A stretch of DNA of 63,428 nucleotides, the filler included, from Octopus bimaculoides (lineage: Eukaryota): NCBI RefSeq assembly GCF_001194135.2. It is 6 parts of 6 records of this genome, joined end to end, with 100 filler letters (N's around TTAATTAATTAA, not from the genome) between each part and the next. Parts side by side here need not be neighbours in the genome. Positions count along the whole stretch, not along the records: positions 10,893 to 31,470 come from NC_068988.1; 5 more parts are not named here. The stretch is one strand, 5' to 3'. This document shows positions 13,994-26,289 of this stretch, piece by piece (the first letter of the stretch is position 1; each line of letters begins with the position of its first letter). The notes below the pieces were generated by a model that was not told the DNA's origin, did no database searches, and worked only from the letters and a program-made list of their open reading frames with translations. A program made the translations under genes and the position numbers.

Positions 13994-14979
13994 TGTGTAT
14001 TCTTAAATGGGTTATAAACACCTTCCACGCTGCAAATGTTTTTGTTTTAGCACAAGATCTCAGATCAAGTCACTTCCTATGCAAATACACCTCCGTAATA
14101 TATATATACACAAACACACAGATATATATTGCCTGTGAGTTTGTGAGTCTCTATATACGTGTATACACTCACGCGCTCGCACACACACGCGCAATAAAGT
14201 ATATGCATGTACATATATACAGGAAGAGAGACAAAGAAGGCAAAAGAAAGGGAGGAATGTTTTTATGTAAGGAAACGTGTCCATATCTGGTTATATATTC
14301 ATTTACGTTAGCAATTCAAAATTACGTAATATTCGCAGTTCATGTATCTGTTACTTGAATATCTAGCATGATTTTACATCGAAATACATAGACCAGTAGA
14401 GTCTTGCTCTGTGTACGTCTGTGGGTGTTCATTTCGAAGGGTTTGTAAGAATTGCATATAAGCTTGCAGACTTTCAGATGCATATCACCTTTCCATTAAT
14501 ATCTTATGTGTATATGTATATGCACACTTACACACACACGCACACACGCACAAAAAACACAAAGTCATATATATGTACCTGCATATATATATATNNNNNN
14601 NNNNNNNNNNNNNNNNNNNNNNNNNNNNNNNNNNNNNNNNNNNTATATGCACAGTCTTAACTTTTCCTATTGTACATATCGCAGAATGTTCTTCTGTTTG
14701 CAAATATTTTGGAAACAGTGTAAATGAGTGAATAGAAATGTAATTACTTTTGCAAAAATTATTTAATATGTATTTTCATGAAATAATTCTTACATGAAAT
14801 GATATACAAACAAGAATGCATTTATATCCCTGATATTTTTCTTTCACATTTTCTGTAAACAAACAAGCTTTTGCCATTGTATATGATATAAGGAAATGGA
14901 GAATGATGCGAAAAGTAAGAATGAATATTTTTTTTGCATATAGAAACGAGTAGGCATCATTCTTTTCTTTCTCTCTCTA

Positions 14980-15091
<112 letters not shown>

Positions 15092-15301
15092 ACTCCCTCT
15101 TTGTATATATGTATATGTGTGTCTACGTTTCTGAGTGTGTGTGTATTTGTGAGTCTATGTGTGTGTGTGTGTCTGTGGGGGGCATATATGTCTGCATGTG
15201 TGCAGTATATCGACAAACAGATCTTGGATATTTATGCAAGCATTCAATGAAAACAAAGCTGCTTATATGTATGTGTGTACATGTATACGTATATGTATAT
15301 T

Positions 15302-15342
<41 letters not shown>

Positions 15343-15894
15343 GTGAGGTAATCCAATGGTAGAGAGAAATCCATGAATCGGGTACAACAAAGCATTCAGG
15401 AGGACGGGGCGCTTCGTAAGACGGTGCAGTAGAGAGTGAATTGAAAGAAGTAACAATTAAAAGCAGAGAAACGAACGTGAGGACATTCACAGGTTAATTT
15501 GACGCTCGGCAAAAGGCGTGAGTTGTTAACGTTTCGAGCATAGCCCTTCCTGGGGGGTAGGAAAGTCCAAAGAGAAGTTTGTCAATATCTCTGTATGTGT
15601 GCCGCTGATGCCCCATCCTTCATATAGAGCTTCATCACTGGTCTTTCGTGTTGGGTTTATGGATACAACCTGGAGACGATGCAGCACAACAGAAACGCAC
15701 TTTCGTATTCAGCATGATCATCGTTTTTTGCATTTTTCGACACCCGCGGGATTGTACATCGAGAAATCGTCTCCCAGGACCGGGCCGCCGATTGGTATCC
15801 TTAGTGGAGTGTTTCGAAGCGTTTGAGGGAGGAAGTTAGCCGAGAGTGACTGGATCAGTGGAGCGCGAAGAATTGGATTCTTCACAACAACGAC

Positions 15895-16370
15895 GATGCA
15901 CTCCAGTTTCTGTGATACATTGGATCTGTAATTTTCGAATTAGCTTTCTCCTTTCTCGTTATGAAAAGCGTAAATTCTCAAGATTGATATATAGACAGTG
16001 TGTTACATATCCCAGGGACCAAATAATTACAGTTATAAACCTGAACTTGTAATTTGCATAGAGTAATTTCTATAGATTTCTCAATAGCTCACCATAGGTG
16101 TTCTCACTGATCTTCAGCTTTATGTTAACATCTGCTGGGCAACTAATTTCAACAACTGCACAGTTTCTCTTCTTTGTCTCAGTCCATTTTATCTTATCTG
16201 TTGTGCTTACATTTTATTGAGGATTCACTGGTACATTCCACCAGTATTGTTATGAATGGCTATGATTTCTACCATTTTGTGGGTTCTTATTTCTCTGCCT
16301 TCGGGATTATACTGCCAACGAATTTCATTATACTGTTCCCTAGCTGCAATATCGTCTCATTTGCATATGT
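15895..16370 (-). mobile_element. Non-LTR retrotransposon C-terminus with restriction-like endonuclease (R4/Dong/NeSL-type), pseudogenised
   Basis: Minus: YWWNVPV..IKCKHNR[.]D..W..RNCAVVEISCPADVNIKLKISENTYGELLRNL*KLLYANYKFRFITVIIWSLGYVTHCLYINLENLRFS*RERRKLIRKL. This fits the RPD..(D/E).K..EK..KY..L..IIGALG RLE signature, with stops and indels. Confidence 0.7.
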
Positions 16371-16541
16371 GTAGATATGCACGTAAATGTGTATGTTGGT
16401 ATGTTATATTTGTGCAAAGATATGGATTATCGAGATGCTTGATCATATGTAAGATGATATGTGGGTGTATGTCTCACTCTGCCTATGCGATTGTATTAGT
16501 GACTATGCGTGAGTACGTATTTATAAGTGTATGTATGTGTG

Positions 16542-16574
<33 letters not shown>

Positions 16575-16832
16575 NNNNNNNNNNNNNNNNNNNNNNNNNN
16601 NNNNNNNNNNNNNNNNNNNNNNNNNNNNNNNNNNNNNNNNNNNNNNNNNNNNNNNNNNNNNNNNNNNNNNNNNNNNNNNNNNNNNNNNNNNNNNNNNNNN
16701 NNNNNNNNNNNNNNNNNNNNNNNNNNNNNNNNNNNNNNNNNNNNNNNNNNNNNNNNNNNNNNNNNNNNNNNNNNNNNNNNNNNNNNNNNNNNNNNNNNNN
16801 NNNNNNNNNNNNNNNNNNNNNNNNNNNNNNNN

Positions 16833-17731
16833 ATAGAATTATTGTGCAATTCAAAAGCCAAGGAAAGGAATCAACAGATTCTCGTCCCGGCCGACCTGGG
16901 ACCTCAGAAAGTAAGCTTTGCTGTTTGAAGAGAATTGTGGAGAACAAATCCCGATCGAAGGCTTCTGACATTTCAAAACAGCTAGAAGATAGTCCAAGAA
17001 CGTGTGTTACATATCTGCATAAGCTTGGGTATTATGGACGAGCGGCTAGAAGAAAATATCTCTTTCAACCAATTAATATCATGAGAAGAAAGAAGCGGGC
17101 TAAAGAGATGTCAGAAAAATCCAGTTCATTTTGGAATAGAGTGATTTTTAAAGATGAATCCAAATTTACATTATTTTCACACAGTGGACGTGCTTGGGTC
17201 TGGAGGCTTCCCAATCAAGAATTTGATCTGAAGCGATTCCAACCAACAGTGAAACACTGCAGTATCTCTGTAATGGTATGGGGAGCTGTCACCAGCAATG
17301 GTCGTTCTCAGCTGATCGAATGTGTTGGAACCATAAACTCTGAAATATACATCGAATTACTTAAGCAAGAACTACTTCCGATGTTTTCGCAGGATAACAT
17401 AACCAAAAATGAGTTCTCATTCATGGACGATGGGGCTCCATGCCACACAGCGAAAAGGAATCAACAATGGTTGACTGAAAATGGGATCGAAAAGCTTCCT
17501 TGGCCAAGCCACTCACCTGACATGAAATCAATTGAAAATCTTTGGAGCATACTAGATAGAGCTATATGAAAAAAAAACTCGACAGAAACCTAAATCTAAA
17601 GATTAATTTCTCAATTGTTGCGTGAAAAGTGGGCAGAAATTCCACAAGAGACAATCACAAAGCTCATTAGTTCAATGTGAAAAAGAGTGTCTGAATTAAA
17701 AAACTGCAAAGGGAATGTCAACTAAATACTA
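16833..17731 (+). mobile_element. Tc1-family transposase (DD34E) pseudogene; 5' end lost in a gap
   Basis: WNRVIFKDESKF (D at 17153), VMVWG, FMDDGAPCH (D at 17429), WPSHSPDMKSIENLW (E at 17534), with 34 residues between D and E. Premature TGA at 17567 and frameshifts before ..AKGMSTKY*. Confidence 0.93.
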
Positions 17732-18564
17732 AAGTATGTAGTCCTACCTATCGATTACATTTCAATTGTTCGCTTGGCGTATTAAATAAAAGATTTTAAA
17801 AATTAAAGCTGTCTATTTTCTTCCTGTTTGTTTGTGTGTGTGTGTATTTACTTGTATGTATATATAACGTCCCTGTGTATATATATGTGTATGTATATGT
17901 ATAAGCATGTACTCGTATATAAATTTGAAACTGCTTCTGTATTACGGTAGTTTCTCTACCCAAGAAATTTCGGTTTTCTTGCTTTTCTTACAAGTCACAC
18001 TAATAATGTCGTAGCATATACATAAAGCACATTTTTTTTTTAGGTGGGAAATTCTTTGATGATCAAATAGATATCACATTTTCACTATCACATTTTTCTC
18101 AAACCGCAAGGTAAAAGAAAAAAAATAACATTGATATAGGTTGCGCTGAACTCAAGGGAAAGTACCGAACATATATTGGAACGATAGATTTTTCTGATTG
18201 TTGTAGTTATGCAGCACCTTCTAAAAAGTTACAAGGTATGCCAAACAGTAAATTTGTATAATGAACCAACTATTTCATAAATTTGTCAAATCATAATGTC
18301 TGTAACAAAATATGCCATCTTCAAATCTACACTTTGGCAGTAATATAATTATTTGATAAGCGAAAAATATAACTACTCGTCTTTTTAATTCAATTTTACA
18401 TTTTTTTCACAAAGTAAGAAGCAAAATATGGGCGTCGGCTCCCTCTTCATATGAAACAAGGTATATTCATGTGAAGAATCCATTTGTGTAGTATGTTTCT
18501 CGACCAAGGGCGAAATGGATCTATAGCATAAAAGCAATAATTACAATTTGTAATTTGGCCTAAC

Positions 18565-18688
18565 ATTTAGGGAATCAATTACGTCGCCCACTGTATTTGA
18601 CTTAATTTATGCACCATGAATGATCGAAATGCCGCCAACCTCGATGGCATTTCGAAACTGTATCTAAAGTCGGAAGAAAACCCGCTAA
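18565..18688 (-). mobile_element. SINE family B, very degenerate
   Basis: aattacgtcgccc.ctgt..gacttaattt..atgaatgatcgaaatg..aacctcgatggcatttcgaaact resembles the reverse complement of the family B core. Confidence 0.4.
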
Positions 18689-18689
18689 T

Positions 18690-19136
18690 AATAATAAATA
18701 TAACGTGATCAATTAAATTATTGCATATTACAGATATATATCATAAAGTATTTAGACACGCACACTGAGGAAAATGTATACCATGTACAATGATGATGCA
18801 TGTTAGAAACGAGAATAAACGCAAAGCAACCTCGTGTATACCAAATATATTTGCGAATGTAAGCTATTATCATTATCATAACAAGGGGGCGATCATTCAG
18901 AATCGTTGTCGCGGCCGACAAAATAATCATTTTATCCACTTTATTATGATAATAATAATAGCTTACATTCGCAAATAAATTTGGTATACACGAGTTTCAT
19001 TTGCGTTTATTCTCGTTTCTAACATACACCATCTTTGTACATGACATACATTTTCTTCAGTATGTGTGTCTAAGTACTTTAGGATATCTCTCTGTAATAT
19101 GCAATAAATTAAATGGATCACGTTATATTTATTATT
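18690..19136. repeat. Large fold-back: ~190-bp inverted arms with a 62-bp spacer
   Basis: 18690-18881 is the reverse complement of 18944-19136 (e.g. gttagaaacgagaataaacgcaaa and gtgtataccaaat.tatttgcgaatgtaagctattat exact), roughly 88% identical by eye. The spacer holds TTGTCG-CGGC-CGACAA. Confidence 0.9.
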
Positions 19137-19859
19137 TCATACTGTCGTTCCCATTTCTCATTAACGACATTTCGCTGACAAGAATTAAGACCATACAGAA
19201 ATTAATTAGACGTAATAATAGCAACAGAAACAAATGTTCAAATTTATCAAGAGATAAACACAATATTGGCAGTTAACTACTCAACATGACATCAGATTCA
19301 ATATCACGATTATTGGTTAAGGTGTGGGAAGATTTGAATATATCTGAAGTTTCGTACTTTACGTGTATTTAGTATCTTTATATTCCCAGTTCAAATTGCA
19401 GCCGATGTTGATGTAAAATTCAAATGTTTTGATCAATTATAAAGGTGAACGTAATTTACTGTTCTTTTCGCTTCGATCTAGCAATGTTTTTCAGTTACTG
19501 TACCAGACATGTTCTTTTGTGTTATAATTTCGATTTTGAAATTTTGAAAACACTGTATCTTGATTAACTATTTCGAATTGTATACTTGATTCAAATTCAT
19601 CCAATATCAACATTCCAATCCTTTCGTTGATTTTGCCAGGTTCGTGATGGGAATAGCATTGCACAATATTTACAAACAAGTATTTCCCGAGTTCAAATCC
19701 AGTCAAAGTATTCCTTCATATCAGCCGTGTATATAAGGTAAAACGGAATATTTTGTTTTTAGAAAAATTCCTCTCCCTCTCTTCATAGTATTACCTTGTT
19801 TTTATATCAGAAATTATTATTAAAAATGTTCAGAATCTTCAGTTTAATGGATAATTTGC

Positions 19860-20420
19860 TTACTGGATTTACTTAGAGCTCTTTAACTTCTGAGCTCAAA
19901 CACCCTAGAGATTTACATCACTTCTGATCTTTTGGTGGTAGATAAAATAAGAACCTGTTAAGCACTAAATCGGTAACATTTCGTCAATCTATTTCACTGG
20001 CTTTGTGTCAGTATTTCAAGCTTTAATAAGTATTCGTTAATGATAAGGTGGCGAGCTGGCAGATTCGATACCACGCTGGGTAAAAGGCTTAGCAACATTT
20101 CGTCTGTCCTGTAGATCCGAGTTCAAATTTTTCCGAGCTATACTTAGCATTTCTACATTTAGGGATCGAAAATATATGTAGCTGTTCAGCACTGGGATCA
20201 ATGCAATCTACTTACTCCTTCCTCGAACTTATTGGTATTTTGCCAAAAATGTAAAAAACAATATTCATTAATGTAAACGTAGCGATCTGGCAGAAATGTT
20301 ATCAGAATGAACTAAATTCTTTGCAACAATTCGTCAGTATTTTACGTTCTTAGTTCACATTCCGCTTTTGTCTTTCATAATTTCTTGGTCGATGAAATAA
20401 GTGCCAGTTGAGCACTTATA
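19860..20420 (+). mobile_element. Cluster of three head-to-tail SINE family B copies
   Basis: Best copy 20045-20255 (aaggtggcgagctggcag..gagttcaaatt..gggatcga); second 20275-20420; third remnant 19860-20030 (gataaaataagaacctgttaagcact). Confidence 0.7.
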
Positions 20421-21539
20421 CCATTGTGAGACGACGTGATAATAAATGTGAAGTGTCTTCCAGGATGTGGCTTGTGCTTATAGTCTGTATCACCTTGATC
20501 TGCTTTGTATTCTTTTGTTCGTATTTTTAATTTCTTTCGCCTCAATTCGCTTTGGCATTGTATCTATCTTTATATTATGCATCCATATTTAATTGCCCGT
20601 TTCTAAACATTTTCTTATCACACATTTGCGATTTCCTTGCAGTTTTCTCCTTACAAAAACACTGTACAACTTACTTTCGGTTGTACATATATCTGCATCA
20701 GCCCATGATTAGTGGATTAAAAATGCTACTTGTAGCATTTTTGTATGTTTTTAGCTGTAATAGAATTTATATCTCATGTTGAAATTTTAATTTGAGATAT
20801 TTTCAATAACTTTTCACGAAGTTTAGACAACACTTCTCATCAAATTCTTCGAGTGTTTACGGAATGTCTAATATTGGTTTAAAGTTTTGGCAGGAAGTCA
20901 GAAAATTTGGTGGAAGAGTGTTCAACGTATATTTAGTATGAAAAGCAAAGTCCACCTTGCCGGATTTTGAACGTAACGAAATGTTATTTTTTTTCCTAGC
21001 GGCTTCTCAAGCATGCATTGTATAAAGTTAATTTCGCTAAAGCATGTTATCTTTCTTATTTTTGTGCTTCTTTCAGTAAATCTCATGACTCCATACTTTT
21101 TTGAAACAGTAGTATATTTGCTTTCATTTTGATTACTTCCAATATCAGGTTGTAACTTCGAATATTTGTGTTAAAAATACATATATTGAAGTTAACAATA
21201 CACATTTCCCAATCTAATGTACAACGTTTTGAAATTGCGATCCTGTGTACAATATCCTGTTGGGTAATCTGAAAATGCAGCTATTGTCTGAAAATGTTCA
21301 AATAACGCAGTTTTGTTGCTCATTTTGTTAAAAACCCATTTCTTTTCACAGCGGTAGATCTTAGAAAGATCATTAATTTCACTGGATATACAAAATTATT
21401 GATGAATATTTACTGATGGGCTATTTTAAATTGTTTTGTCATGCTAAAGTGTTCAAAGTGAGTGTTTTTCGAAAGTCGAATGTAAACATCATTTAAAACT
21501 TTAAATAATGATTTCTGAGAAAGGTACAGAATCAGCAAT

Positions 21540-21655
21540 CCTGAAAAGCGTGAATTAATCGATTTCATCGATCCTAGTTCTAGAGTGTGCTTCATTTTAT
21601 CGACAACAGTATAATGAAAGGTAAAAATTACCTCGGCGTGATTTCAACACTTGCT
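21540..21655 (-). mobile_element. SINE family B, degenerate
   Basis: aatcgatttcatcgatcctagt..cattttatcgac..atgaaaggtaaa..tacctcggcg.gattt matches the family B reverse complement. Confidence 0.5.
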
Positions 21656-24368
21656 ATATTAACTATCCCCTAATGAATCTAGTTTGTTAGAATGTACAGA
21701 TTTTAATATGATGGTATACGGAGATCATATTTTTTCGTGTATGTTCACATATATTTATAACGGCGTGTATATTTATCTTTTTTCTCTCCCTCTCTTCCTT
21801 CTCAGCTGACATTTATTTATTTCTTCATCAACAACGTGTTAAGCATTTATCATCAAGTATCAATCGTTTTTTTTCTTCTCCTCGTTATTGATATTATAAA
21901 GAGAATTGGTTTTTTTATATGAATACATGCTTATACATGCTTAACACGAATTCCAAGACGTAATTCACAAAATACAAGGAAGAATTATTTTCAATGTGTG
22001 AATGAATCATAATGTATAATCCTATTGACAGGAAAAGGGATTTCACACGCGATCTGTATCAGGTTTTACGAGCGATATTCTCTCCGCTGTAAAGGAGCGG
22101 AGACGAAGAGGGCATCACTGCGTGAGGCATGAGGATTGCCTCGCTGTTCAAAGAAAGTGAATTGAATACTAAAAGAGCAAAATGAATAATTCCGCCGAAA
22201 AGAAAAGTAATATAATCTTCGAAATTAAACACACAGACATACGCACACTCACATACAAAAACAGACACTCTAATACACAGACATACACACACGTTCAAAT
22301 ACGAATACTGGCACACATACACACAGAGTGTGCGGCGAGTACTGTATGTGTCTGTGAATTCTATCTAGCGGAGAAAACTTTGTGAAACAACAGTAGAACA
22401 CAACAATGGCATGTCAAAAGAACGGATTAACCCAGAGTTTATCGATGGTTTATTTGACAAAATAAATACGCGAAGGTAAATAGAAATTACTGATTTGGTC
22501 AATAGTCACAATTTATAACTGGAGATATACGCAGCCTTCTGCATTTTTACCTTATTGAATGAGAGGAACACTTCGATTAAATACGTTTATTTGGTTTGGT
22601 AGAGTGAGAATGCTGAATTAACCTGATATCCCATATCTCACCACGTTTGTAGTCTAGAGTAGGAGATCACGTACATATATGAGAATGAAGTACATCCTAA
22701 AAATGAGGCATATATATACCCCATAGTTCACACAACCCACGTGATATTGTGGTCTCTTGTCAGTGCCCTAGTCTATTTTGTTGGCTTCCAAATCATCATG
22801 GGATCCTGTATTCATCTAGGCATCCGTGGGATTATTTCTTTTCTGGTCTGGCATTTAAATAATTACACTGAGCTGTATATTCGGAACTTTGAGAAAATTG
22901 TTTTGAATATTATATTTTACTTTATATATTTTTGTGGTACTCAATTGTAAATATTAAAACGGCCCTTTCTCATTTTCTAAGGTTTTTTCACATTTTAATG
23001 GTAAAACGTACCATAATTTGTTGTTCAATACAAATATGTAAGTTTAATGGAAGTACTAAGACAGAATTTCGAATTTTATCTAGCAAAATAAAACGGCACA
23101 GAAGCAATGAAATGTGCGAAAATAAACTTTGTCAAGGGGTCGTTCGTTTTCTGGGTTCAGCTCTTCAAACTTTTGTTTCAATTAGAATTACACACAGAAC
23201 TCTTGCGCTAGTGATCGATTCATTGACAAAACCGATGCAACATCCGGGCATTTCATCTTCCCTGATATCATCCTTCTATCACCTTCATTGTCTGATGAAA
23301 TACTTCCCCTGGTCTTCATTAAAATAACCAGATTTTCCGGCAGAAAATTTAAATGCACTTATAAGAAATGAATTTTAATATTCATTTTCTATCATAATAT
23401 GTTGTAATTTTTTTATTATTCTCTTAACTATGTCTTAGTAGTTCGGAATCTTGAGATTACCCAAGGATTTATTCTTTACATGTTATAACTAAATTCGTTT
23501 CACATATACGCACACTTCAAATTTGGTATTTGATACAGTAGGAAACTTGCTACAAAAATAATTGAAACCCTCCCCATTTCGGGGGATATCGCTTACAAAG
23601 TGCTACAAGAGGCTATTTTTTGATGGAGTAGCAGTCAAAGTAACTTTTTCGGATCAATCAATCATTGATTGTTTCGGTATAAGCACATCGTTACTTGGCC
23701 ATTCATTATAAAGTTAAGGAGGTTCCTTGATCAACTTTCCCATTCACGCAAGAAGCAAAGAAATTTGTGTAGCGTGGCTTGACCCAGCAACGTTCAGAAT
23801 ATTGTCAAGTCGCCGCAAATCGTCTCTTTCTCTCTCGCAAATACACACACATCCATTTCATATACACGTACATATATCTTTCACTTTCTGCTCACTCTCC
23901 CATTTTCGCTTTCTCACTTCTTTCAAATTCTCGTCTCTTCAACGCATAAAGAAATTAATTTTTACCAAATGACCAAGTGAAACGAAGAAAGAGAAAAACG
24001 GTACAGAGACAAGAGAGAGAAACAGAGACAGAAAACAAGTTTCTATAGAATTTGAAAGACGGTTAGCGGATGAGAGACAGACGCTAATGCTTCGGACCCT
24101 ATGTATGTTCTATAGTTGAAGGTAAAAGAAGCCAGCACAAAGAGAGGGGGAAGCAGGAAAGAAAGGGTCACCGAGAACCCCAGAAATGATGTCGTGTCGT
24201 ACAATTTTAAGGTAATTTCATTTTTCTCCCATGTTCCACGCGTGTGTAGAATTAGACATTATTTTTCTCATTCAATTTCTCATTATAATGTAGGGAGACC
24301 TTNNNNNNNNNNTCACTACATTTCATTCTTTGCAAATTAAGAAAGATCTGCAAAAAGAACATCTTTTG

Positions 24369-24415
<47 letters not shown>

Positions 24416-25329
24416 TTTAAAGTTCTGTATGAATTATGTAATTTTTTGCTGTGCGCTAAATTACAACTCAAATCCTATGGAAATTACCTCTTCCTATTCT
24501 GTCATTCCTGTTTGTGATGAACGTCCATTTAAACGTACAGATAAGTTATCTCAGAAATCCTATCCTTTTCCTGGTGTTTCTTGTATGTCCAAGATGACAT
24601 TTACGTCCCCTCCACTTATTTCTTTCCTCAATTTACTCACATTCCTATGTCTTCATACAGGTGATTTTCATTTTGCACGAAAGCTGGTAGCTGATGGGTG
24701 GCTGAGGTGGGGTGGGGTGGGGTGTTGGTCATTCGGTATTTCTCCCAGCAAAAAAAAAAAAAAGAATTCAAAAACAAATTACATTTCCCACATTCGTAAT
24801 CTCTGTATCTTTCCTTGTCTATGAAAAACAAAAATTAGAAAAACATTTAAAAATTACGAAATTTCGGTATGGAGGAGGTAAATTATCCTTTTGACACATG
24901 TTTTCTAGGAAAAATCATATTAACTCCTTTTTTTTCTTTGAAACAGTACATAGTTTGTGATCCTCTTTAGAACATAAATCATTTTCATGCAAAATGTAAC
25001 CCCCACTTCTGGACAAACAAAATGTTCTATTACGCCAGTAATCCACTCCACTATATATCAGCTAACAGAATGTATTGCGCTTATCAATACAGAACATAGC
25101 CAAATCATTCACAGTATACTGCTTCTTCTCATAATAATGGTATAAAAGTTGACATCTGAATTTTTCCACATCTTTTCTTTCTTTACTAGAAAAATCAAAT
25201 TATACAATGCACAGCTTCAAATTGCTATGTCTTCCATTTTATATGTTCTTTAATCGTTCGCTCTTTTCAGGAAAACGAAGACATTCTCATTTATCTCTAC
25301 AAACAATGGCTGCAAAGTAAACAGCCTTT

Positions 25330-25705
25330 ATTCGTGCTCCAGAAAACTCACTTCAGCGATGCCCGAATGTGTAATATTTCAAAACGATTACCGACAGCGG
25401 AAGTTCTGCTCTGAACTACACTTATTGTCTTGCATGAATGCACTATGGCACACCGTGGTGCACTCGAAGCCCTAGATATGTCACTAAGGGAAATGAGAAT
25501 CAATACAGCGGTTATGGGGTGGAGTTAGCTGTTGTCCTCGCAGGGGATTTCCTTCAAATATTACCAATCATATGACGGCATACGCAAGCTGACGACATCT
25601 ATGTGTGTCTGAAGTTTTCACCTTTGTGGGGGTTTGTTCGTCAGCTTTCATTAAGCAACAATATGCGAGCTCATCTCTACAACGACTCCTCAGCTGAGGA
25701 ATTCT
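25330..25705 (+). mobile_element. Helitron RepHel PIF1-like helicase fragment
   Basis: LIVLHECTMAHRGALEALDMSLREMR..MG / VVLAGDFLQILPII*RHTQADDIYVCLKFSPLWGFVRQLSLSNNMRAHL matches the Helitron helicase motifs IVWDECTM.H..ALEALD, GDFRQ.LPV and L..NMR; stops and a frameshift. Confidence 0.85.
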
Positions 25706-26289
25706 TTCATCCATGTCAGAACTGCGTTCTTTTTGTTTGTTTCTTTGTGCGCATGTGTGTCCATCAGTGTGCATGTGTATACACATACGTATGTACGTAT
25801 GTATGTATGTATGTATGTATGTATGTATGTATGTATGTATGAATGCGTTTGTGTATACATGTATGTGTGTGTGTATGGATATATATGTATGAGTGTGCCT
25901 GTGTGTATGTATGTGTATGTGAGTGTTTACCTCTGTCTCCTTGTGTGTGCATGTTTCAGTGTATCTATGAGTATCGGTATCAGTGACTATATACGTGGAT
26001 ATTTTATGTATGGATGTGTGTCTTCATATGTGAATTGTGTGAGTGTGTGGCGTGTATGTGTGTGTATACATTTATGTATGTATGTGTGTGCTTGTCTGTC
26101 CATATTACCTATGTACGTAGCTATTTATTTACCTATCTGTTTACTTTCATATCCATTTACCTAAACACACACATACACACATATATGTATACGTCTACAT
26201 AGCCTACTGACAATTCTACCTGTGTATATATAAACTGTGGGTATATGGGAATGACTACCTTCTGCGTATGTTTCCTATGACGTATTGGG

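Noticed and set aside
16256-17569. 437-aa ORF as one protein
   Set aside because: Fusion of random sequence, microsatellite and an N-gap with the Tc1 frame; only 16833 onward is transposase.
19491-20760. Protein-like minus-strand frames at 19491-19706 and 20420-20560
   Set aside because: Short, closed by nearby stops, weak splice sites and no recognisable motif; within chance expectation.
22932-24824. 131-aa and 164-aa ORFs
   Set aside because: Non-ATG starts or microsatellite-containing, with no motifs or convincing exon boundaries.
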